A DNA stretch of 64,000 bases from a virus (Duplodnaviria > Heunggongvirae > Uroviricota > Caudoviricetes). The notes beneath the pieces were generated by a model. That model made no database searches, had not been told where the DNA came from, and worked only from the letters and a program-made list of their open reading frames with translations. Every line of letters starts with the position of its first letter. Within the stretch, counting starts at the first letter, position 1. A program made the translations under genes and the position numbers. Below are positions 48,114 to 57,257 of this stretch, one piece after another. The stretch lies in IMG/VR virus record IMGVR_UViG_2571042390_000001. The stretch is one strand, 5' to 3'.

Positions 48114-48149
48114 GTGTCATGCCATCGCACAGCCATACTTAGCGTTTAG

Positions 48150-48260
48150 CTCAGAGATCAATGGTAGTGCTGGCTGGGCTGCCGAAAGGCAGGCCGGTTC
48201 CCTTTGACGCCGGTAGTTCCAACCCAGTCAGTGCTACCGCCATTGAGATTGGAACCTCAC
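48150..48260 (+). ncRNA. Candidate c4-like antisense regulatory RNA, copy 2
   Basis: Segments at about 48187-48191 and 48200-48206 complementary to RBS region of icd-like gene 2 (about 48280-48294). Confidence 0.35.
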
Positions 48261-48298
48261 GCGGTAGCTCCTTAACTTAGTCAAAGGAGGCTGCCAAT

Positions 48299-48514
48299 AT
48301 GGCTACTATCCCTACCCCAACTCATTCTGAATTTATCTGGCGTTTCTATTCCTGCCAAAAACACCTGTATATCTGCGTCATGGCTGCTACCGAAGCAGAG
48401 GCGCGCTCATACCTTCCCGAAGAACCCTGCATTTTTGCTGCTCGCTTCACTCTTGATGCGATGGAGATCCTCAATTACTGGAATCTGCCGATGAACTGCG
48501 TGGAGGTGCACTGA
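48299..48514 (+). CDS. Icd-like small protein (paralog of 8025..8249)
   Basis: SEFIWRFYSCQKH motif; stop overlaps start of downstream gene. Confidence 0.55.
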   Translation: MATIPTPTHSEFIWRFYSCQKHLYICVMAATEAEARSYLPEEPCIFAARFTLDAMEILNYWNLPMNCVEVH

Positions 48515-49455
48515 TGAATCTGTCCATCTCTCAAAAAGCGACAATGACCAGTATTGAGATCGCGGAACTGGTGGGAAGTCGTCACTCTGATGTTAAACGC
48601 AGCATCGAAAGACTTGTTGCTAAAGGAGTTATCCAACATACGCCATTGGCTACAGTTGAGAATAATCAATCACTTAGCCCTAATAAATACACAAAAGCCT
48701 ATTTCTTCGAAGGCGAACAAGGCAAGCGCGATAGTATTGTCGTCGTCGCGCAGCTCTCTCCCGAATTTACCGCCCGGCTGGTGGACCGCTGGCGCGAACT
48801 GGAGAATGCCCGGGTACAGTTAAAATCAAAAGCCGAAATCCTGGCTGAAATGGCGCAAATGCATCTTGAGCATGAACGCCGGATCAACGCCGTAAATGCC
48901 CAGGTAGCCGAGGTATCGGCACAAGTGTCCAGGGTCGCTGAAACCGTTGAGCAAATCAAGAAAGGCAATATGCCGGAAGGCTACATTGGCTACCGCCAGC
49001 TGGCGGCGAAATGTGGCCTGACTGAAGCCAAATGCCGTAACCTTGTCAACGCTTACCGGATTCCCACCGATACACATGAGTTTTTGACCCCCGATGGCTT
49101 GCTTGCGCGACGCTCCATTGTGGCCCTTGCCCCCTTCCGGAAAGCCTTTAAGCAGGTGATGTCGGAGGCAGAACCACGCAATAAACGCTGGTATCATCCA
49201 AAGATGGGGATGTTTCAGGCAATCCACCATCCTGTGCCTGAAAGCCCAAAGGATAATCTGTCACTACATACCGCCAGAGAGAAGATCAGGACTGGATACG
49301 CAACAGTGTGTCGTCGTTCTTCCTGGCCTGAAGGTATATGGGTGTGGCCCGAAGGTGGATCACGAAAGCACTGGCGCACCATCCGTGACGGGAAAATCCA
49401 TGCTATTGATTTAGCTCCAGAGGATGTTATTGCTATGGACTGGATTGTTAGTTAA
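48514..49455 (+). CDS. Rha/antirepressor-like protein fused to C-terminal DUF2829 (Tad2-family)-like domain
   Basis: N-terminal TSIEIAELVGSRHSDVKRSIERLVA; C-terminal VCRRSSW ... EDVIAMDWIVS aligns with separate ORF 8953..9153. Confidence 0.6.
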   Translation: MNLSISQKATMTSIEIAELVGSRHSDVKRSIERLVAKGVIQHTPLATVENNQSLSPNKYTKAYFFEGEQGKRDSIVVVAQLSPEFTARLVDRWRELENARVQLKSKAEILAEMAQMHLEHERRINAVNAQVAEVSAQVSRVAETVEQIKKGNMPEGYIGYRQLAAKCGLTEAKCRNLVNAYRIPTDTHEFLTPDGLLARRSIVALAPFRKAFKQVMSEAEPRNKRWYHPKMGMFQAIHHPVPESPKDNLSLHTAREKIRTGYATVCRRSSWPEGIWVWPEGGSRKHWRTIRDGKIHAIDLAPEDVIAMDWIVS

Positions 49456-49514
49456 ATGCTGCATCCCCGGCGACGCCGGGGATTTAACTGCCAAATAATC
49501 GGATTATCCGCACG

Positions 49515-49826
49515 ATGAAAAAAATAGATTTCACTTATTCTGCCGCCACACTTGAGCGGCGCTTCACCCTCATTAGAGAGTTGGAACTGTCAAAAGTCTG
49601 GTATCAAATCCTACTGGATGAAGAGTTTTCACTGATGGTTATAGCAGAAAAATTGGCTATGCCTAATGACCGGCACAAGGTCATAGCCAGCCTCGATCTG
49701 GTGACAAACAGATACTGGGAAACAGAGGAACTACATGAGGCGGGAGTAATTCGTGACCTGATGGAGAATTCCGTTCCCCGCCGCTATCGTGCAGGGAACG
49801 GCATCTCCGTGGTTAAAGGTGTTTAA
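49515..49826 (+). CDS. Hypothetical protein (103 aa)
   Basis: ORF after immI-like module 2. Confidence 0.35.
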   Translation: MKKIDFTYSAATLERRFTLIRELELSKVWYQILLDEEFSLMVIAEKLAMPNDRHKVIASLDLVTNRYWETEELHEAGVIRDLMENSVPRRYRAGNGISVVKGV

Positions 49827-50215
49827 AGCTCACCTGCGCGCTGTTTTTCAAGCACAGATTTAACATTTGGCGCTTTCCCTTTAAAAGAATGGAAAGTGCC
49901 ACATTTTTCTGTTTTAACCTCGCGCAGAGCTTCGCCATCGGCGTTCTGCCATTGATGGGATAATGTCATATCACCGCGAGAAGGAACATCCAGCGAGTAC
50001 AGCGTGTAAGTTCCCCCCATCTCCGCATACTCCTGGAACACATAGCTCATTACGTCAGATTCAGTTTTTCGGTGTGCGTTATCAACCTTATTCCCATTCA
50101 GAAATATGGCATCTGGATAGATTTTTATATCAAACCTACCGCACTTAACTTGTAAATTTCCGGCGCTCGCGATCAAAGGGAAAGACGCCAGTAAAGCAAT
50201 AGCCAATCTTTTCAA
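49823..50215 (-). CDS. Secreted (periplasmic) hypothetical protein
   Basis: Signal peptide MKRLAIALLASFPLIASA. Confidence 0.5.
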   Translation of the reverse strand: MKRLAIALLASFPLIASAGNLQVKCGRFDIKIYPDAIFLNGNKVDNAHRKTESDVMSYVFQEYAEMGGTYTLYSLDVPSRGDMTLSHQWQNADGEALREVKTEKCGTFHSFKGKAPNVKSVLEKQRAGEL

Positions 50216-50235
50216 TTCTGCCTCCGCTGCGTAAC

Positions 50236-50859
50236 TTATTGCCCGTATTTTTTACACCATTGCTCTGCCATTTGTTTGGCTAAAGGCCCGGCTACTGCAC
50301 TGTATTCTGCTGTTTTACTTTGCACACATGAAGCAGATGGTTTTTTATTTCGCTGCTCGGTTAGTTTGCGCTCATAAGCCATCATGCTATCGAACCCGGC
50401 AATATCACTTTGGCGAAGCATTCCCTTTTTAACCAAAAATTGCTGCCCCTCGGGCACCAGCGCAAGCATAAAAAGTGGTTGTAATAACTCACCTAATCCT
50501 TGCTGGCGATACACTTCGAATTGCTGCCATCCCTGACTTAATCTGGAAAGAGTATCTTTGGTTGAATAACCTGTTTTTGTTATAGCTTTGTCCGTCAGAT
50601 ATGCTGTATATGCAAAAACGCAAAAGTCAGTTTTACCAATAAACTGAGTTCCAACAGGCCGTAATGGAATGCCCTCTCTCTTGCAAAAGTCCATAATTGC
50701 CGCTTGTGAATGATCCCCACCAGCGTTATTCATAACCTGCTGCCCTGCCCTGAATTGTGCAGGTAACGCAGTTGCATTGGCTGTATTAACAGATACGCAT
50801 CCCAACATAGCCGCGAGCGCGGTCCCTAAAACCCTTAACTTCACTACACCGTCCTTCAT
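50236..50859 (-). CDS. Secreted protein or lipoprotein, hypothetical
   Basis: Signal peptide with possible lipobox-like LGC. Confidence 0.5.
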   Translation of the reverse strand: MKDGVVKLRVLGTALAAMLGCVSVNTANATALPAQFRAGQQVMNNAGGDHSQAAIMDFCKREGIPLRPVGTQFIGKTDFCVFAYTAYLTDKAITKTGYSTKDTLSRLSQGWQQFEVYRQQGLGELLQPLFMLALVPEGQQFLVKKGMLRQSDIAGFDSMMAYERKLTEQRNKKPSASCVQSKTAEYSAVAGPLAKQMAEQWCKKYGQ

Positions 50860-51076
50860 GTAAACAAAATGAAGTTTTATGTTACAAAAACAATCAACTA
50901 CATCAACATGATTTAGGCCAAATTTCGGTCAAAAAATAAAATCCACAAAAAGTGGTTGACACTATTTTGGAAATCACAAACTGCACATAATCCATCGCGC
51001 TAACGGCTCCCGTTGAAGGTTCTTTTGACGATTAACTTTCAGCCGAAGCGCGGTAGGGAGTCATAACGCCAAAGCA

Positions 51077-51100
51077 GGCCGCCATGTGCGGCCTTTTTTT
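51077..51100 (+). terminator. Terminator-like hairpin with T-run
   Basis: ggccgc/gcggcc stem followed by T7. Confidence 0.45.
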
Positions 51101-51127
51101 GTATCCGTCATCCGTGGAGGAAGGACA

Positions 51128-51781
51128 ATGGAGAAGATAGCAATATTCAGCCTGACCACCAGCAAACCGCAAATGCTCACTGCAATACTGAAAGACGGTG
51201 CTCTCGTGATTAACGAAGTAAAACCCCTTCCCGCGTCAGCATTGGAACAAAAGCAAAAGATTCCTCCAGCTATAGCAGCCCTGCGGAAAAGCAAATTTAA
51301 GGTGCTGGTAGACGAAATTACGCCAACGATCTCCGCTGGCACCGGAGCAAGCCAGGTAACACTCAAGACACGTCATGCCGACGGCAGAGCTGCGATCATC
51401 GTAGGGATGGAAAGATACAGAGAGCTAAAACTCCAGAAGCTATTATCCCTGCCGCAAAACAATAAAGGTGCTTTCGAAATTCCCGACTCCATCGTTGACA
51501 CCGAATACAACGGTAACGGAGAAGAAGTTTACCGGGTGAACTGGCAGGATATTAGGCCGGAACATATTTTGATGATCCTGTGTTGCTACGCGACCGTATA
51601 CCACAATGTTGCCAGTGCGGATTACGTAGAGCAGATGACCGGTACAGTCGAGAAAGAGCAAAAAACAGGCATACTCGCTTCGTTCCTGTCCATTATTGGG
51701 CATGAAAAAGTTAAAGCAGGCACCTCCCAGCCAAAGTCGCTGACTGGGAAAGAAGTTGATGAAGATACCGTGATACTTTGA
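51128..51781 (+). CDS. Hypothetical protein (217 aa)
   Basis: ATG with GGAGGAAGG RBS; track ORF starts further upstream. Confidence 0.45.
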   Translation: MEKIAIFSLTTSKPQMLTAILKDGALVINEVKPLPASALEQKQKIPPAIAALRKSKFKVLVDEITPTISAGTGASQVTLKTRHADGRAAIIVGMERYRELKLQKLLSLPQNNKGAFEIPDSIVDTEYNGNGEEVYRVNWQDIRPEHILMILCCYATVYHNVASADYVEQMTGTVEKEQKTGILASFLSIIGHEKVKAGTSQPKSLTGKEVDEDTVIL

Positions 51782-52117
51782 TCACATTAGTAGCTTTGTT
51801 AACTCCCTCAATACCAGGTAGAAGAGTAACAAAAACACTGACGTGGATACCTGCTGAGTTAAAGAAGCACTAATAAATTTATTCAATAAATCAATCAGCT
51901 TATTAAAAATATTCATCTTTTCGAATCCATTCGATCGGTAAATAACACCCAGCTCACTATCGAGCTGGTCCACGCCTTAAGATTAATGAAAGTCACTTGT
52001 TGACAGTCAATAAATTCCAGGGTGGCGAAAAAACTCTGTCTATACGGATAGTGCTTGCATTTTACTCTTTCTGTGTGTAGCGTATATACACAGGTTGCAC
52101 GCACGAATGGAATTATT

Positions 52118-52399
52118 TTGATTAAGTCATTTCGCCATAAAGGGCTTGAACGCTTTTTCAAGACAGGTTCAACCGCAGGCATTCAGGCCAAACATGCGGT
52201 TAAGCTACGCATTCAATTGACTGCGCTTAATACAGCTAAACGCCCGGACGATATGTCTGCGCCTGGATGGGAATTGCACCCTCTAAAGGGGGCGGACCTT
52301 AAAGGTCACTGGGCAATATCGGTAAACGGTAACTGGCGACTTACCTTCCGATTTGAAGGAGAAGACGCAATTCTAGTTGACTATCAGGATTATCATTGA
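52118..52399 (+). CDS. higB: HigB-type toxin (RelE/ParE superfamily)
   Basis: [14 protein letters not shown] ... [10 protein letters not shown] ... [11 protein letters not shown] ... VDYQDYH; probable TTG start. Confidence 0.75.
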   Translation: MIKSFRHKGLERFFKTGSTAGIQAKHAVKLRIQLTALNTAKRPDDMSAPGWELHPLKGADLKGHWAISVNGNWRLTFRFEGEDAILVDYQDYH

Positions 52400-52689
52400 G
52401 GAACACTATGAGTCGCATGCATAATCCCGCGCATCCAGGCGCGGTTCTTCGTGAATATTTGGGAGACATGTCAGTCACAGACGCCGCTGCGGCATTAGGC
52501 ATTACTCGCACGGCGCTTTCCCGAATTCTGAATGAAAAAGCAGGTATATCTGCTGATATGGCACTTCGTCTGGAGTCCGCTCTTGGAACCAGTGCCGAAA
52601 TGTGGACCGGTATGCAATCCCAGTATGAGCTTTGGGTTGCTTCGCAAACCACTCGCCCAAACATCCGTCCATTATTTTTCCACGCATAA
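52396..52689 (+). CDS. higA: HigA-type antitoxin (XRE-family HTH)
   Basis: [10 protein letters not shown] ... [25 protein letters not shown]; overlaps higB stop. Confidence 0.75.
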   Translation: MRNTMSRMHNPAHPGAVLREYLGDMSVTDAAAALGITRTALSRILNEKAGISADMALRLESALGTSAEMWTGMQSQYELWVASQTTRPNIRPLFFHA

Positions 52690-52694
52690 TTTCA

Positions 52695-52727
52695 CAGCGT
52701 CACCAGGCCTGGTGACGCTGCTTTCTC
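52695..52727 (+). terminator. Terminator-like hairpin after higA
   Basis: 10-bp stem cagcgtcacc/ggtgacgctg; weak T-run. Confidence 0.45.
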
Positions 52728-52781
52728 GCATTTCACACCCTGCATACAGTTTCCCCCAGGTTATGACTGAGGGGCTTTGTT

Positions 52782-53111
52782 ATGGGCTATAGCAGACTCG
52801 ACGATAGGTACATTGAAGACGATATTTTTCGTGCGCTGTTTCACCAGGAAATGATTAAGCGGGTATCGGAGTATCACTCTGATAATTTCCAGTACACGAT
52901 AAAGATTGATGAAGTATATCGTTCAGACCTTGCAGCCTACAGGGCGTATGGCAATGCAGATTTGCGCTGGGTATTCCGGGTGCTGGTGGGCCATGAGTCA
53001 GAAATGGAAGAAATGCCCGCAGGGACCACGTTAACTCTTCCTGATGTGGCATGGCTGAGGAACAAGATCCGTGATTACGCAAGCGCGGAACCGGAGATAG
53101 AAAATGCCTGA
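52782..53111 (+). CDS. Hypothetical protein (109 aa)
   Basis: Overlaps start of downstream SWIM-like gene (operon). Confidence 0.4.
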   Translation: MGYSRLDDRYIEDDIFRALFHQEMIKRVSEYHSDNFQYTIKIDEVYRSDLAAYRAYGNADLRWVFRVLVGHESEMEEMPAGTTLTLPDVAWLRNKIRDYASAEPEIENA

Positions 53112-54297
53112 TTTCCTGAAAAACCAGGACGGGCGCTATATCACTGACGGTCTGTCCTCTAAGGACTTCACGCGTATATTCGAGCTTATCAGGAAAGAAC
53201 AAACCCGTAAGCGCCGACAAGCTCACCGGACGCTGACGCCAGGTAGACTGAGGAACAAATCCGCCGAAGATATTCTCAAGTTAGGGAAGAAAAAAGGCGG
53301 CACGTTCTTCACGCGAGACGACCTGAAAGGTTTCGAAAAGCTACGGAGTAAAACACGCGAAAAATATGACAGCAAGACGGCTGGCATCACATACGCCCAG
53401 CTGGTGGCATCCAGCCAGGCAATCGATATTAAGCGTGCAAATAACGCCGTGGATGACGGATCTGGTATCAAAAGAGCTACCCCCGTATCTCTTCGCCACA
53501 ACGTGATTAATATCCGCGTAGAAGCATCGGATATATCCGTCCACCAGCACCATATCGTCCGGATACGCTTTGAAGAATGGGATCAGATGGTCGATGACAT
53601 CGCAGAAGACGATAAATCAGCTCTCAAAATCACTAAATCACTGTGCGCCGGGCGAGTGTCTTTCGATTGTGACTGTGGTCGTCATCAATACTGGTATCGT
53701 TACATCGCTACTGCGGGTAACTTTGCCCTGGCCCCGCCAAAAGAATACGCCTATCCAAAAGTTCGTAACCCTAAGCTACAAGGCGTCGCCTGTAAACACG
53801 TGATCCACTCAATGACGCGGTTACAGTCCGCAAGTTGGCAAATGAGTATTGCTCGTGCACTACAAAAGGCTGCAACGCAAATTGCATTTGGTGACGATCG
53901 CCGCCGTACAACCAAACACTTCTCAAAAGAAGACGAGAAGGAGTTTAATCGCAATCGTAGCAGTAAAACGAACGTTGACGCTGCCAAGCGAGAATGGAGA
54001 CTCTATCAGAAGCGCCAGGCCGCTTTAAGCACAAAACTGGCAAAGGACAACGGCAAGATTGACAAGCTACGTGACCAACTGACCAAGGCCAGAAAGTTGT
54101 CAGACGCACAGAAAAAACGGGCGGCAGCAAAAGAAGCGGCGTTGCAACGTGAGAAACAGAAAAACAAGGAGCTTCAGCAACGCCTGGCCGATCAGTTCGC
54201 ACTGAAGAAGCAGGCGTTTATTGATGCGCTTGTCATGGCAGGAACGCCACAAGAACATGCTGAAAAAATGTTTATGGCGTATGTAAAAAAAGCATAA
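53104..54297 (+). CDS. SWIM-like zinc-finger protein with basic coiled-coil tail (397 aa)
   Basis: CDCGRH ... (37 aa) ... CKHVIH CxC...CxH arrangement; Lys/Arg-rich C-terminus. Confidence 0.45.
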   Translation: MPDFLKNQDGRYITDGLSSKDFTRIFELIRKEQTRKRRQAHRTLTPGRLRNKSAEDILKLGKKKGGTFFTRDDLKGFEKLRSKTREKYDSKTAGITYAQLVASSQAIDIKRANNAVDDGSGIKRATPVSLRHNVINIRVEASDISVHQHHIVRIRFEEWDQMVDDIAEDDKSALKITKSLCAGRVSFDCDCGRHQYWYRYIATAGNFALAPPKEYAYPKVRNPKLQGVACKHVIHSMTRLQSASWQMSIARALQKAATQIAFGDDRRRTTKHFSKEDEKEFNRNRSSKTNVDAAKREWRLYQKRQAALSTKLAKDNGKIDKLRDQLTKARKLSDAQKKRAAAKEAALQREKQKNKELQQRLADQFALKKQAFIDALVMAGTPQEHAEKMFMAYVKKA

Positions 54298-54308
54298 ACC
54301 ACACATAT

Positions 54309-54340
54309 AGCCTGGTGGTCTATGCCAGGCTTTCACTTTT
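54309..54340 (+). terminator. Terminator-like hairpin between convergent genes
   Basis: agcctgg/ccaggct stem followed by T-rich run. Confidence 0.45.
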
Positions 54341-55112
54341 CTGATAAATCAGTTTGCATTTCAGAATACAATCGAGAAATATCAGAGAACAATTCATTAA
54401 AATCAGTACTATAGAATGATGTTTTCTTTATTGCTGCAATAAAATCATATAAATCCTGCGGAGTTTCAATTTTACATTTCCTATTCTCATACAGAGTAGG
54501 CAAAATGTGAATATTTTTATATGTAAGCGTTATGGCATCATCAAACCTTTCTTTCATTTTATCATATTTTTCTTTTTCATCTTCTATTTTGTTTAAAATG
54601 TCTTCCAGTTCTTTTTTTCTTTCATCCAGCTTTTGTTGGCTATAGCTAGCCTCTATTTCACGCTCAGCTCTTTTCTTGGCTCTTTTTGCTAATTTCTCTT
54701 TCTCGTTTTCGTCTGTTTTATTGTCCAAAATTTTTATTTTATAGTACACCTTAGTTGTAATGCAAGATACCGCAAGTGTAATTACTGGTGCCACAATCGA
54801 CGCAATCACACCATAGAAAAACGGCAAGAAAAAGTGGGCAAACCAAGGAGGTAAAATCTCGCCATCAAGAAATTGTATTTTTTCACCGGTAAAAACTATT
54901 GACAGAGTATATAGAACATCTTCTTTTGATTTGAACAAAATTAATATATCTCTCCAGTTAACAACCAGAAAAGATATAAAAATATATGCAAAAAGCTTAT
55001 TAAATACTTTATCTTTTATAACATATTCCATTGTATTCTTGACGGAATCAACAACGGACTCATTTTCTTTATCTGATTCAGATGTCTTCTTTACTGATGA
55101 ATCTGTACTCAT
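54333..55112 (-). CDS. AT-rich membrane protein with C-terminal charged coiled coil; candidate toxin or abortive-infection effector
   Basis: Long ORF in AT-rich DNA; predicted TM segments (FAYIFISFLVVNW; FFLPFFYGVIASIVAPVITLAV); K/E-rich heptads; directly downstream of HigA-like gene. Confidence 0.5.
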   Translation of the reverse strand: MSTDSSVKKTSESDKENESVVDSVKNTMEYVIKDKVFNKLFAYIFISFLVVNWRDILILFKSKEDVLYTLSIVFTGEKIQFLDGEILPPWFAHFFLPFFYGVIASIVAPVITLAVSCITTKVYYKIKILDNKTDENEKEKLAKRAKKRAEREIEASYSQQKLDERKKELEDILNKIEDEKEKYDKMKERFDDAITLTYKNIHILPTLYENRKCKIETPQDLYDFIAAIKKTSFYSTDFNELFSDISRLYSEMQTDLSEK

Positions 55113-55175
55113 ATATGCTACCAAATTTCTAGTATCTATTTTTTATAAAAACAGCGGTCATCCAGACCGCAAAAC

Positions 55176-55535
55176 TCAAACGCCAACCAGGCTTTCCAGT
55201 GGAATACCAAACTGGGCATGTAAACGACGAATCATAGGTAACGTCAAATTTCGTGTCCCATTAAGCACTTCGTAAACACGGTTTGACTTACCAATTGCCG
55301 GTTCCAGATCCTTCACGGTCAGTCCTTGCAGTTCCATACGGAATTTAATGGCCTCAATAGGTGATGGTGGCTCAATTGGGTAATGTTTTTTCTCGTACTC
55401 CTCAATGAGAAGACACATAACCTCAAAGAAATCACCTTCCGGAGTATTCATTTCCGGTTCGTTATCGAACATCGGTTCGACCGCACGCAGTGCGGCCTCA
55501 TAATCTTGTTCTGTACGGATAGGTTTAATGTTCAT
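55176..55535 (-). CDS. HigA (E. coli YgjM-type)-like antitoxin/HTH regulator, no cognate HigB adjacent
   Basis: C-terminal IGKSNRVYEVLNGTRNLTLPMIRRLHAQFGIPLESL parallels E. coli HigA (IGSKSMVSRVLSGKRKLTLEHAKKLATRFGISPALF) as recalled. Confidence 0.6.
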   Translation of the reverse strand: MNIKPIRTEQDYEAALRAVEPMFDNEPEMNTPEGDFFEVMCLLIEEYEKKHYPIEPPSPIEAIKFRMELQGLTVKDLEPAIGKSNRVYEVLNGTRNLTLPMIRRLHAQFGIPLESLVGV

Positions 55536-55591
55536 TAATTACAAAGGAAAGCCCACTTGCTAAGTGGGCTTTTTGTATGTGTTTTACTATA

Positions 55592-55930
55592 TCAGGCTGC
55601 TTTTTTATTCAGGTTCCGCTGAGAAATAAATTTTTCAGCAGTATTGATACGACTTAACTCTTCCTGAACGCGCATATCATTTTCGACTTCCCACAGATCT
55701 ACTGCGGTCTGAAGATTAATCCAAAAATCTACAGAAGTATCGAATGCTTTTGCCAGGCGATATGCCATATCCATCGTTAGCTTACGATTATTATTAACAA
55801 GAGCACTTACGGTGTTACGATGAACATGAAGTATTTCTGCTAACTCGTTGATCTTCAGCTCTAACGGCTCCAGGTATTCGTACAGCAGGATATCACCTAC
55901 GGTCGTCGGTTTTCTGGTTGCCTGTTTCAT
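55592..55930 (-). CDS. higA: HigA-family antitoxin (XRE HTH)
   Basis: TVGDILLYEYLEPLELKINELAEILHVHRNTVSALVNNNRKLTMDMAYRLAKAFDTSVDFWINLQ. Confidence 0.7.
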   Translation of the reverse strand: MKQATRKPTTVGDILLYEYLEPLELKINELAEILHVHRNTVSALVNNNRKLTMDMAYRLAKAFDTSVDFWINLQTAVDLWEVENDMRVQEELSRINTAEKFISQRNLNKKAA

Positions 55931-56000
55931 TTTTTGCCCTTACTAGCGTGCGTATTAAGTGGACTCTGGTCAGAACCCGGTCCGTAACCGGGTATCTGTT

Positions 56001-56303
56001 TTAGTATTTGTGAGGGTCGAGATACAAGTCCTCGGCCTTTCCGTTAACCCACTTAAAAATTAACCTATATTGCTTATTCACCCTTACTGATGAATAGCCA
56101 TTTAGCTTCCCTGACAGTTCCTCATACCGATTACCTGGTGGTGATCTTAAATCCTTACAGGTAGTTGCGGCATTGATAATGTCCAACTTCCGTGACAATG
56201 TCATATGAATATCAGGAGGTATCTTTCTATGTGGTGTTGAAAATTCAAAAAAATCATCAAGCCACGCATCCCTGAAATCCTTTATGTTAATTTTTTTGGT
56301 CAT
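56001..56303 (-). CDS. higB: HigB-like toxin (RelE/ParE superfamily)
   Basis: PPGNRYEELSGKLNGYSSVRVNKQYRLIFKW ... LYLDPHKY; upstream of its HigA. Confidence 0.7.
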   Translation of the reverse strand: MTKKINIKDFRDAWLDDFFEFSTPHRKIPPDIHMTLSRKLDIINAATTCKDLRSPPGNRYEELSGKLNGYSSVRVNKQYRLIFKWVNGKAEDLYLDPHKY

Positions 56304-56465
56304 TAGTCATTTGATCCTCCGTGATGATTACCGAATGCCATAACTATAGCGCACCGTTGCACTGTGCGCAAGTGCATTTTATGAATTCCCCCTCCTTCAT
56401 CCAAAATCACAATCTCCCGAAAATCTTCCTTTCGATACCTGACAGATCGACCTTTGAGGATGCTT

Positions 56466-57257
56466 ATGGGCCGTTTTGACGAATGGTTTGCTGACGATGC
56501 AAACCTGGCAAGTAAGGAGTCAGAACATGACAGCACGCAGAGAGAAACGCCAGCGCCGATTGAAGCGAATGCAGGAGGCGCGCCGGAACATGGCAATACC
56601 GGTTCGGATTCATTCAGCATTCTGGAAGAGCAACCCGCCGCCAAAGCTGATAGCCATGATAATTTTGCTGATAGCAACGGTGGCCTTACTCCGGATGCTG
56701 GCGAATCAGATATAGCCATACTTCCATCTTCCCTGGCTGGCAGAGAACCGACTCCACAGTTAAAAGCACGCTATAACGGGCATAAAGCCTTTAACGACCA
56801 AATCCGCGCAGACTGGATGCTGATTATTGAATCCAGCCCAGACGCGTTTCAGGCTCTCTTATATCGACCAGATGTTGGCACATATGGGGTAGTCAGCGAC
56901 GAAACAGGAGAAGAGTCATTCACTGAACTGGATAACAACCAACGCGAACTGACTTACCAGGAACCTGAAATCGTTTATGTGCTGGATAACCCTGACGGGC
57001 GTGACTCTTTCCATGCGATTGACGCAGACGGTGAGCAGGATGGCTTAACCGATGATGTTCTGATTCTGCGTATTGCAGCAAATAACGTCCCCGTCGGCTC
57101 AATTCTTGAATGGAATGAAGAGATGGTAAACGGCGTAGCGCGCCGCTGGTGGTACGTGCACCGTATTTTTAGCTACGGCACACAGCATGTTGGTTCGCTT
57201 TACTACTGCATACCTGCCAGGAATTTTGATACGACTCAAAACGGAGTGATCGAATGA
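56466..57257 (+). CDS. Hypothetical protein (acidic N-terminal half)
   Basis: ATG with GAGGA RBS; first of four tightly linked plus-strand ORFs. Confidence 0.4.
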   Translation: MGRFDEWFADDANLASKESEHDSTQRETPAPIEANAGGAPEHGNTGSDSFSILEEQPAAKADSHDNFADSNGGLTPDAGESDIAILPSSLAGREPTPQLKARYNGHKAFNDQIRADWMLIIESSPDAFQALLYRPDVGTYGVVSDETGEESFTELDNNQRELTYQEPEIVYVLDNPDGRDSFHAIDADGEQDGLTDDVLILRIAANNVPVGSILEWNEEMVNGVARRWWYVHRIFSYGTQHVGSLYYCIPARNFDTTQNGVIE

